Shown here in pieces: positions 24,956-32,006 of a stretch of 40,944 nt of DNA. Each line of letters begins with the position of its first letter. Positions within the stretch are counted from its first letter, which is position 1. Both the position numbers and the translations under genes were made by a program. The stretch covers positions 1-40,944 of the forward strand of contig JAYUIJ010000092.1 in NCBI GenBank assembly GCA_043766165.1, written 5' to 3'. Under the pieces are notes generated by a model that was given only the letters and a program-made list of their open reading frames with translations, had not been told where the DNA came from and ran no database searches. This DNA comes from Candidatus Kerfeldbacteria bacterium (GTDB taxonomy: Bacteria; Patescibacteriota; Patescibacteriia; SBBC01; CAIJZX01).

Positions 24956-25957
24956 TTAGCTCACCACATTCACCGGCTGTCCCGCTTCAAAGGCTTGAAT
25001 ATTTTTTATGGTAGTATCAAGAATTCTCGTCAACGCTTCCGTTGTGTTAAAAGCGTTATGCGGCGTGATGATGACTTTCGGATGATTGAGAAGAACGTGA
25101 TCGGCGAAGACGGTGCGTAAATCGACTTTGGAGTCTGTGTTCGGGGAGAGCAGTTGCCGTTCGTCGATGATCGCGTTTTCTTCTTCGATGACGTCGAGAC
25201 CGACACCGGCCAAGTGACCTTCATCAAGAACTTTTACTAAGGCCTGAGTGTCGACGATGCTGCCGCGCGCGGTGTTGATCAGATACGCATCCGTCTTCAT
25301 CAGTCGCAGACGATGTTCGTTGATCAGATGTTTCGTTTCCGGTGTCGCTGGACAATGGATCGTCACGACATCACTTTTTTTCATCAGGGTGTCGATGTCG
25401 ACATACGTGAAGCCAAGCTCAGTTGCCAGCGCTGGGTTCGGAAAAAGATCGAAGGCGATGATGTTCATGTTCAACCCCTGCAACATCTTGATCATGTGTT
25501 TACCAATTCGCCCGGTACCGATCACGCCGGCAGTTTTTTCATTTAGATCATTACCGCGTAGTCCCTCGAGTTTAAAATTACCCTGTCTCGTTTGATTAAC
25601 TGCCGGAATTATTTTTCTGGTCAGTGATAACAACAAAGCTAATGCCTGTTCGGCAACAGTGTTCTCGCCATAGGACGGAACATTGCAAACCGTAATATTC
25701 TTTTCTTTGCAAGCGGCGAGATCAATGTGGTCGTAGCCGGTTGAAAGCGTCGAGATAAGTTTTAGGTTTGGATATTTCGCTAAGACTTCTTTGGTGATCT
25801 TGCTGTAAATAAAAATAGTTAAGACTTCCGGGTCGTTGAGGTCACCGGCTTCAGCTAAATGGTGTTCACTAAAATGTCCGGCCCCGAGCGAGCGGATCAG
25901 GTAATCACTTTCCCAAGACTCGAGTTCAACACCAGAGATTCTTAATGGCTTGTCCAT
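24956..25957 (-). CDS. D-isomer-specific 2-hydroxyacid dehydrogenase (D-lactate/phosphoglycerate dehydrogenase family)
   Basis: GVIGTGRIGKHM (NAD binding), HCPATPETKHLIN, LINTARGSIVD, GLDVIEEE, ITPHNAFNT (catalytic His region). Confidence 0.85.
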   Translation of the reverse strand: MDKPLRISGVELESWESDYLIRSLGAGHFSEHHLAEAGDLNDPEVLTIFIYSKITKEVLAKYPNLKLISTLSTGYDHIDLAACKEKNITVCNVPSYGENTVAEQALALLLSLTRKIIPAVNQTRQGNFKLEGLRGNDLNEKTAGVIGTGRIGKHMIKMLQGLNMNIIAFDLFPNPALATELGFTYVDIDTLMKKSDVVTIHCPATPETKHLINEHRLRLMKTDAYLINTARGSIVDTQALVKVLDEGHLAGVGLDVIEEENAIIDERQLLSPNTDSKVDLRTVFADHVLLNHPKVIITPHNAFNTTEALTRILDTTIKNIQAFEAGQPVNVVS

Positions 25958-25989
25958 GTATGCAAGGATTACGTGTTTAGAATAACAAA

Positions 25990-26022
25990 TTTCCGGCGGA
26001 GCCGGATCCGGCTCCGCCGGAC
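25990..26022. repeat. 33-nt GC-rich palindromic repeat, copy 2 (intergenic)
   Basis: tttccggcggagccggatccggctccgccggac. The 28-nt core is a perfect palindrome, and the sequence matches 846-878 at 32/33 positions. Confidence 0.8.
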
Positions 26023-26288
26023 AACACCGGAGATGCAGAGGGGTTTCGGGGTGGACATGGTTTTCGTTTCAGGAGTGAATGAGGTTCACGCACAGTGTAT
26101 CACAACGGTGAACAACGTATGTAGCCTCCCCACGGTTGAAACGTCACGCTTGACTTTACTCCATTTGTCATGCAATAAAGTTTTGTAGCTTCGATTGAGG
26201 CCCCTCCTTACAGTTTCGATAATAGTTTTATTTAAACACTATCTGTTCATTTTCGGAATGAGGATTGCAAGGAGGGGTGCGACCGTGT

Positions 26289-26316
26289 CCCCTCCATTGC
26301 CGCGGCAATGGAGGGG
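26289..26316. terminator. 28-nt perfect palindrome 11 nt downstream of the csoR stop
   Basis: cccctccattgccg/cggcaatggagggg, with no U-run. Confidence 0.45.
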
Positions 26317-26326
26317 TAGGGGTGGC

Positions 26327-26599
26327 CTAAATCCTACCCAACACTTCCATCAAATCCTTCATCGCTTTGTCCGGATTTCCGCCGGCAATGTCGCGAGCTA
26401 CACATGACTTTAAGTGCTCGGCCAAGACCTGTTCGTCAAACTTTTTAAGGGCTTGTTGGATAGCGCGAGACTGGTGGACGATGCTGATGCAGTCCGCGCC
26501 TTGATCGACCATCGACTTCACTTTCCGCAGGCTGCCTTCGACGATGGCCAGACGATGCGATGTTGATGAACGTTTATCTGGAGCTGATTTAACGGGCAT
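26327..26599 (-). CDS. csoR: CsoR/RcnR/FrmR-family metal-sensing repressor
   Basis: MPVKSAPDKRSS..HRLAIVEGSLRKVKSMVDQGADCISIVHQSRAIQQALKKFDEQVLAEHLKSCV matches the DUF156 pattern including the C...H...C ligand positions. The ORF-track extension to 26785 translates the G/C-rich operator region. Confidence 0.8.
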   Translation of the reverse strand: MPVKSAPDKRSSTSHRLAIVEGSLRKVKSMVDQGADCISIVHQSRAIQQALKKFDEQVLAEHLKSCVARDIAGGNPDKAMKDLMEVLGRI

Positions 26600-26631
26600 A
26601 GAATTGTTATTCACAGAGTAATAAACAGATA

Positions 26632-26655
26632 GGGGGAGGGGCATTAGGGGTGGGG
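26632..26655 (+). other. canonical G-quadruplex motif (G5-A-G4-N5-G4-T-G4)
   Basis: gggggaggggcattaggggtgggg lies 33-56 nt upstream of the csoR start, on the template strand for csoR. Confidence 0.5.
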
Positions 26656-26672
26656 CGTGTGGATGACTGTAA

Positions 26673-26729
26673 TCCCCCCTAGGGGGAGTATACTTGTTCA
26701 CAGAGATAAACACAAATCCCCCGGGGGAT
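26673..26729. promoter_or_regulatory. two CsoR-type operator candidates (C5-6/G5 palindromes)
   Basis: tcccccctaggggga (26673-26687, flanked by gtatac) and the perfect 14-bp atcccccgggggat (26716-26729, followed by acc). Direct-repeat copies ttcacagag(ta)ataaaca lie at 26610-26627 and 26697-26712; the second immediately precedes the second box. Confidence 0.55.
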
Positions 26730-26738
26730 ACCTTAGTC

Positions 26739-26847
26739 CCCGTCATCCTGAGTCCGCGGCATGGGGGCGAGCGGAGATCCTTCACTGCGCTGCGGCTTCG
26801 TTCAGGATGACGGGTTGGTGGTATATTTACGCGGACGAAGGATCTCC
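26739..26847. repeat. interleaved palindromic repeat (A-B-A'-B')
   Basis: A is cccgtcatcctga (26739-26751), B is ggagatccttc (26773-26783), A' is tcaggatgacggg (26802-26814), B' is gaaggatctcc (26837-26847). Both pairs are perfectly complementary. B..A' equals the U-type unit seen at 3467-3521. Confidence 0.8.
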
Positions 26848-26916
26848 ATCTCGGAAAATTGTATTCTTTAGCAACGCAATATAGGTATAGAAAAACTACG
26901 GGGTTTCATGGTGATG

Positions 26917-26925
26917 TGCTAAACT
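26917..26925 (+). promoter_or_regulatory. extended -10 (TGcTAAACT) 6 nt before the bdbC ATG: leaderless candidate
   Basis: tgctaaact-atttcc-ATG(26932). Confidence 0.45.
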
Positions 26926-26931
26926 ATTTCC

Positions 26932-27483
26932 ATGATTGATCCAAAAACTATTACCCACGGCTTCGCCTTTCTAATCATTGTTGGACAAGGAGCATTGGTG
27001 CTCGTAGCACTCGGATTACCATGGCGGAAGACGGGGCTAAAAAAGATCTACAATTTCTTTTCGGAGTACGCATTACTAGCTGCTTTTTTGACTGCACTAT
27101 TGAGCATGCTTGGCAGCTTATATTTCTCCGAGGTCGCTAAGTATGTTCCGTGTGAACTCTGTTGGTATCAACGAATCTTAACCTATCCGCAAGTTGCCTT
27201 ACTCGGACTCGCTCTAGCTAAAAAGAATCGCGATGTATTTTTGCAGATCATGATTCTATGCGGACTAGGCTTAGTGATCTCGATCTATCATGTCTATCTG
27301 CAATCCGGTGGGACGGCATTAGTGCCATGTACAACAACTGCTCTGGCAGTTCCATGTGGTGTTAAAAATTTCCAAGAGTTCGGTTATGTCACAATTCCGA
27401 TTATGTCGCTGACGGCGTACGTGATGTTGATGGTGGCGGTGGTGTTCCATCGTTCAGCGGAAAAGAAAAACGCACTTGAGTAG
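26932..27483 (+). CDS. bdbC: disulfide bond formation protein, DsbB/BdbC family
   Basis: Four TM segments. The signature VPCELCWYQRILTYP is a CxxC of BdbC type, and there is a second Cys pair LVPCTTTALAVPC. Confidence 0.85.
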   Translation: MIDPKTITHGFAFLIIVGQGALVLVALGLPWRKTGLKKIYNFFSEYALLAAFLTALLSMLGSLYFSEVAKYVPCELCWYQRILTYPQVALLGLALAKKNRDVFLQIMILCGLGLVISIYHVYLQSGGTALVPCTTTALAVPCGVKNFQEFGYVTIPIMSLTAYVMLMVAVVFHRSAEKKNALE

Positions 27484-27490
27484 AAGTGCG

Positions 27491-28168
27491 TTAGCGGTTA
27501 TCAACCGGAGTTCCGTCGTCTTGAACAACGAGAAATATGCGAAGGTCTTGAACTTGGCGTAGATTGTTGTGCCAGAGTTCTGCGGGTACATCCGGTTCTT
27601 TAAACCAGACATGGAGAAACGGCGTTTGCCAACCCGGTAGCCGAACAATGAAGCCCGCGACATAGCCGTGCATTCGATCAGTCATATCCTGATGTCGAAT
27701 CGACAGATCGAGTGGCCAACGATGACCTAGCTCTGCCGAACGTACTTTTTCGTACAACGTGATGGTAGCTAAGGCGTGCTGGCCGATGCCGGAGCGAATG
27801 ATATATTCTCCGCTGCGATAATCGTAAACGAATGCTTCGATGTCACCGTGTCCTTCGACGTTGACCCCTTCGGCTGCCATCAACTGCTTCAGCAAGGCAC
27901 GACGGCGTTGCTCGGAAAGTCGGTGAAGTTTTTGTACTTCGCGGATGTAGACCGGAGTTTCAGTTGGCGCGATGTGGCCGTCACGTTGCAGGTGGTGTTC
28001 AAAGTTTTCGGCCACGTGTTGAACGGGAATGACGCGGAGTCGAAGATGTTGAAGTATGGCTGACTGTTCATGATGTGGAACGCCAAGTAACACTTCTTCA
28101 TCGTGCGTAGCTTGATAGGCACGGTGGAGCATGTCCACCAGCCGGCCAACATCTTGGTGGTCGGACAT
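27491..28168 (-). CDS. hypothetical protein, 225 aa (His-rich N-terminal half)
   Basis: GGAGG lies 5 nt before the ATG at 28168 (MSDHQDVGRL...); the ORF-track start at 28192 is TTG. It starts 34 nt downstream of the wHTH gene. No family recognised. Confidence 0.55.
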   Translation of the reverse strand: MSDHQDVGRLVDMLHRAYQATHDEEVLLGVPHHEQSAILQHLRLRVIPVQHVAENFEHHLQRDGHIAPTETPVYIREVQKLHRLSEQRRRALLKQLMAAEGVNVEGHGDIEAFVYDYRSGEYIIRSGIGQHALATITLYEKVRSAELGHRWPLDLSIRHQDMTDRMHGYVAGFIVRLPGWQTPFLHVWFKEPDVPAELWHNNLRQVQDLRIFLVVQDDGTPVDNR

Positions 28169-28202
28169 GGATTCCTCCGGTAGTTGCGTCAATGACCGTA
28201 CT

Positions 28203-28535
28203 TCATGTCTTCACCCACAACGTCTCATTCGTCGGAGGTCCAACGGATAGATCGTCACGACGGATACTTCCGGTTATTTCAAGTTGTTGCAACGCAGCCA
28301 AGACTTGCGGTGTTTGCCCGTTCACTCGTTTAGCAATTTCCGGCGCGTTCATTGGTTTGGGGTAAATACTAAAATGGTTGTGTAAGATGAGTGCCGTGAT
28401 AACCCTCCGACCGGTGATGTGATCATATTGGAAGTCGGTCATATTAATCGCCGTAGTCGCCTGTTCATAAAACTTCATTTTCTTGGCAGACAAGATGGCT
28501 CCTGGTAAAGGTGAGTTATCAACGAACGTAGTCAC
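28203..28535 (-). CDS. small winged-helix DNA-binding protein candidate
   Basis: The C-terminal MNAPEIAKRVNGQTPQVLAALQQLEITGSIRRD resembles a MarR/ArsR-like wHTH recognition region. The start is uncertain: GTG at 28535 abuts a -10-like TAGGTT, and the next ATG is at 28478. Confidence 0.45.
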   Translation of the reverse strand: MTTFVDNSPLPGAILSAKKMKFYEQATTAINMTDFQYDHITGRRVITALILHNHFSIYPKPMNAPEIAKRVNGQTPQVLAALQQLEITGSIRRDDLSVGPPTNETLWVKT

Positions 28536-28581
28536 AACCTAGCAGAATTTCAGGTAATGTCAATCCGCTTGAGCTAGGCCA

Positions 28582-28610
28582 TTGACAAAAACAACAATCT
28601 CCGCTACACT
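28582..28610 (+). promoter_or_regulatory. near-consensus sigma70 promoter of the ORF-less unit
   Basis: TTGACA (28582-28587), 17 nt, TACACT (28605-28610). Confidence 0.6.
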
Positions 28611-28616
28611 CGCTCA

Positions 28617-28951
28617 GATTCACCTACATTCAAACAGGTCATCTCCCACTGAGTTTTTGGCCTGGACCTGCGCGCGGATAGGTGGTTAATAGACGCAAGC
28701 AATCGAATGGTCTGCGAACGAACTACCCGGCCCTCTGCATTTCCCATGGAATCGGCATGGATAGAGGGAATGGATATTGGTTGACAATACTAGTGTCGAG
28801 TCGGTCCGCCTCCCGACAGCGTTCGACGCTCTCGTATTCACCCACTCCGTACGAGCTTGTCTCAGAGATATCCAGGTTCCGGGCCACAGTCTGCCCGAGT
28901 TCGATCATGGGGAGGACTTCAACCGCTCGTGTACCGGTTCTACACCAGCGG
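28617..28951 (+). ncRNA. candidate novel structured ncRNA (~340 nt), family unknown
   Basis: Bounded by the promoter at 28582-28610 and the terminator at 28923-28963. It has no ATG-initiated ORF with an SD. Nested helices are visible, for example ccctct(28733)..[ccatg-gaatcgg-catgg]..agaggg, agcgt-tcg-acgct, and long-range gtc(at)ctccc (28638-28647) with gggaggac (28910-28917). Confidence 0.4.
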
Positions 28952-28963
28952 TTTTTCTTTTTT
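28923..28963 (+). terminator. strong intrinsic terminator
   Basis: ccgctcgtgta-ccggttc-tacaccagcgg (10/11 bp) followed by tttttctttttt. Confidence 0.75.
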
Positions 28964-29035
28964 GACCAAAAATGTCGTTCATGATAGTTTGCGGGTATTG
29001 ATTGTAGTGGATGTCCTTTTAAAGGAGGCAAAGGG

Positions 29036-29287
29036 GTGACCAACAAGCAGGCACTGAAGTCATCGGGCGTTTTTCTAACGCGAGTACTAACGGCATTCTG
29101 TTTAATCATTCTTTCTGTGTTTGTTTGCCGCACTGTGCTGGGTAGCATTATCCATGCCGATGAAGGAATGTATTTACTTCTCGCTATCGTTGGCGCAGTA
29201 ATTGGCAGCATCTTGGCCATAAGTTACTGGGACCAAGATAAGTCGACCGATCAGGACAATCACGACCAGTCACTAGACCATACATAA
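29036..29287 (+). CDS. small two-TM membrane protein with acidic tail
   Basis: AAAGGAGG lies 7 nt before the GTG at 29036. Hydrophobic segments are VLTAFCLIILSVFVC and LLLAIVGAVIGSILAI. A terminator follows immediately. Confidence 0.6.
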   Translation: MTNKQALKSSGVFLTRVLTAFCLIILSVFVCRTVLGSIIHADEGMYLLLAIVGAVIGSILAISYWDQDKSTDQDNHDQSLDHT

Positions 29288-29289
29288 AT

Positions 29290-29316
29290 ACCGCCGGATC
29301 TGAACGGCGGTTTTTT
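29290..29316 (+). terminator. intrinsic terminator
   Basis: accgccg-gatctgaa-cggcggt followed by ttttt. Confidence 0.75.
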
Positions 29317-29322
29317 CTTAGA

Positions 29323-29350
29323 TAAAAAACGGAACAGGTAAATGTTCCGT
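29323..29350 (-). terminator. intrinsic terminator of 29357..30064
   Basis: Minus strand acggaaca-tttacc-tgttccgt followed by tttttt. Confidence 0.7.
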
Positions 29351-29356
29351 GTGCCG

Positions 29357-30064
29357 TCAGAAGGTCGTTGAAGTTTTTTCTTTGTGGAGCTCGTATATTT
29401 TTTGAGCGCTGTCCACTATTTCCTCTACTGGGGTGGTAGTTGATTGTACTTGCTCAACTAAGGCAGACGCTTCGCTTGAGCTCAGTTCCCACCCGCTCAT
29501 GAAAACACCTGACAGGAAGTATAGTTGAGGATGAGGGGTATCGGGTTGTGTACCGATCCGAATGATGGTAATCATTTCCTTCAATACACGCCGTCGGTAC
29601 GCTAGGTCTGCAAGTTGTTTGGCAACTGCATTAATGCTATACCAGCGCTTAAAACTTGGGCGGCGTTCAACGCGTACGATGAGCTCATCATATGCACGCT
29701 GCCTAAGTGCAGAGTTTTTTGCATGTTGACCAAGTGCTAGCCAATCATCAAAACCTTTCGCTAACACTTCTAGTCGGTTCTCCGCATATTCTTGCGCTTT
29801 ATCATATTGGAATGTAGTCGCACGAATTTCCCACCAGTCTTCGAAAGTGACGGCCGCTTGGTACGCCCGAGCCCAAGCTCGTTTTTCCAAAGATACACGC
29901 GAAGTCCATTCAGCCACGACAATCCATTCAGCCGTGGTCTTGGCTAGGGACGCCATTCGATCAACAATCAATGGAAGTTGAGATGCGTGAGTCGGCAGCT
30001 CATCCGCCAAATCATACCACTCCTCAAACGTCATTCGTTCAAACGGCGTCATTGGTCCGGACAT
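29357..30064 (-). CDS. hypothetical helical-repeat protein with recurring F-[ED]-[ED]-W motif
   Basis: GGAGG lies 5 nt before the ATG at 30064. Repeats are FEEWYDLA, FEDWWEIR, FDDWLALG and FKRWYSIN, spaced about 35-45 aa apart. Confidence 0.6.
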   Translation of the reverse strand: MSGPMTPFERMTFEEWYDLADELPTHASQLPLIVDRMASLAKTTAEWIVVAEWTSRVSLEKRAWARAYQAAVTFEDWWEIRATTFQYDKAQEYAENRLEVLAKGFDDWLALGQHAKNSALRQRAYDELIVRVERRPSFKRWYSINAVAKQLADLAYRRRVLKEMITIIRIGTQPDTPHPQLYFLSGVFMSGWELSSSEASALVEQVQSTTTPVEEIVDSAQKIYELHKEKTSTTF

Positions 30065-30202
30065 TGGATCCTCCATGGGAAATGGGAATAATAAAGAACG
30101 ACGAACTGGGCTACCTTACAGTGTTTATGCAGATTGTCAAGATTGGCCACCGTTCAATCTTGGGAAAATAAAAAAGAGTCTCGGGGGAGAGACTCTTGAA
30201 CA

Positions 30203-30796
30203 CTAGACGTGAGCCGGAGCGGTGAAGGTGCGGGCATGGACATCGAACCAGTTGTCCTGGAAGGTAGGCCCCATGTACGAAGGGTCATACACCAGAGCAT
30301 TGGCCAGCCAGAACTCCCACGACATTCCACGGTGCAGATGGTCATCCTTCAGACGACTGTCCCAAGGGAACATCGGTGCGTGCGGACCATAGTACAGCGC
30401 AGCCACGCGGTACGTCGTTGGCTTGGCCGTCGGCACGAGGATAATCGTGATCAGCGAAGTTTCCATGCCAACCTGTTCGGTCACAACCGGAAAAACCTTC
30501 GGTGGCAAGCCATTCGGCGGATGCAGTTCACAAGCGAACTTACACTCGTCAGTCATCCGAACCTTCGCTGGTCGCGGGATGCAGCTACTACGACCAACCA
30601 CCTTTTCCGCATCCAGGGTATAGACGATCGTGCGTTCTTCGTGCGGTAGAGTGACGTCCGGCATCCGGACAAACGGCAACATCTTCTGACCAAAGTCAAC
30701 CAGTTCCGGAACCTGATTCAAGCGCTCCAGAAGTTCGGGAGCAATCATGATCGAGATATTTCCGGACTGATGAAACAACATCAACGGCTGACGCAA
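30203..30796 (-). CDS. hypothetical protein, 197 aa
   Basis: AGGAGG lies 6 nt before the TTG at 30796. It has its own promoter (TTGACA-16-TTAACC at about 30885-30912). No family recognised. Confidence 0.55.
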   Translation of the reverse strand: MRQPLMLFHQSGNISIMIAPELLERLNQVPELVDFGQKMLPFVRMPDVTLPHEERTIVYTLDAEKVVGRSSCIPRPAKVRMTDECKFACELHPPNGLPPKVFPVVTEQVGMETSLITIILVPTAKPTTYRVAALYYGPHAPMFPWDSRLKDDHLHRGMSWEFWLANALVYDPSYMGPTFQDNWFDVHARTFTAPAHV

Positions 30797-31045
30797 GTGG
30801 AACCTCCTATGGTGATCACGAGAAACATCAGGTGCATATCTGAACTATCATTCAAAAAAATAACAAGGTGCATGACGAACTGCGCAGGTTAACACAGTCT
30901 TACTACTTTGTCAAGACAGAAAATATATCCAGCACCACTTTTGCCTTGATACAGACATCACCGTCAAATTTGTTTTACGGTATAATATGCAATGCCACAA
31001 TAAAAGTTCTTTTTTCAAAAGTGGTGCTGGATAAAAAAAATCCGC

Positions 31046-31744
31046 TTACTCAATCAGAGGTTGCGGAGGAAGTTCAAACGTAAATTCTGGATCAGCCCAA
31101 CGACGCGCTTCGACGCAGGTGGTCAATCGTTGCCAAGATGCTTTCGACGGTTGGCGTTGAAAAATGGCTAGCGATTCCAAGAAGTCCTCAATGGTGATAA
31201 CCGCTTGAGGATGAATCAAGAGTGAGTTGGTGGCCGGATGAAAACCGAGAATCGTTGCGGCCGTACTCAGTAACAAACCGTACTGCTCGAAGAATTCTCC
31301 TAAGTGTTCAAAGCGTCGACTATCGAATCTGCTCCAGCCATGAACATTAGCGGCAGCTTGTATGTATCCGAGTCGGCCAAGTGACAACAGGTCTTCGGCG
31401 CGCCAATGTGGCTCATGGGGACTGGCGGTGAATTCCTGACTACTCATCCACAAACACTGGTCGCCAATCTGTACGCCTCGTCGGAGTAACTTGTCCGGGC
31501 TGGTTGGTCCCGACATCCACCGTAGGCTGATATATCGATCCAGAAGCAACATCCTGGTTGCCGTTGACGAGAAACCCAGTTCCAAAATAGAACCCAAGTG
31601 AACCGTGATGAACTCTTGAGTGACTGGATCTGGCGAATCAACCTGAACGCCCTCTTGGGCCAACTGAACAGCCATAATACACAGACCGGGAATTGCTTGG
31701 TGAACGCCATCGGCACAAAACCAACGCTCAAGTCGCTCATCCAC
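31046..31744 (-). CDS. hypothetical protein, 232 aa
   Basis: AAGGAG lies 7 nt before the GTG at 31744. It has its own promoter (31799-31827). No family recognised. Confidence 0.55.
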   Translation of the reverse strand: MDERLERWFCADGVHQAIPGLCIMAVQLAQEGVQVDSPDPVTQEFITVHLGSILELGFSSTATRMLLLDRYISLRWMSGPTSPDKLLRRGVQIGDQCLWMSSQEFTASPHEPHWRAEDLLSLGRLGYIQAAANVHGWSRFDSRRFEHLGEFFEQYGLLLSTAATILGFHPATNSLLIHPQAVITIEDFLESLAIFQRQPSKASWQRLTTCVEARRWADPEFTFELPPQPLIE

Positions 31745-31798
31745 GGCTACACTCCTTGGTGAAGGGTAGAAGTATCTGTAATGAACAACCTTGTCAGC

Positions 31799-31849
31799 AT
31801 CCTAGACCCTGACTCCTGACTTGTCAAAATGGTAGGTTTTGGCTATACT
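31799..31849. promoter_or_regulatory. back-to-back promoters with overlapping -35 boxes
   Basis: Plus strand: TTGTCA (31821-31826), 17 nt, TATACT (31844-31849), for ftsH. Minus strand: TTGACA (rc of 31822-31827), 17 nt, TAGGAT (rc of 31799-31804), for 31046..31744. Confidence 0.55.
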
Positions 31850-32006
31850 CCGCCTGCTCCCTATGCATCTCTTATTTCCTGTTTTCATTCGACATATCCT
31901 GGCCTTCAGGGATGTCATTAACGATCTATAGAATGGTACATTCCATGTATCCCATTGGGAGTTTCCTACATATTAACTCTGCTTATGACCGATTTACAAC
32001 ACTCTT

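Noticed and set aside
28617-28951. Possibility that the ORF-less unit is tmRNA, SRP RNA, 6S RNA or RNase P RNA.
   Set aside because: It has no GGGG...ACCA tRNA-like ends and no tag reading frame ending in a stop. It has no GGAAGCAGC SRP domain IV motif. Its size does not fit 6S RNA. It has no GGAAAGUCC/ACAGAA pair. It is kept as an unknown ncRNA candidate rather than assigned.
28723-29220. 165-aa minus-strand ORF spanning the ncRNA candidate and the small membrane-protein gene.
   Set aside because: It has no SD or promoter. It is antisense to a plus-strand gene with a perfect AAGGAGG-N7-GTG and clear TM helices, and its composition is unremarkable.
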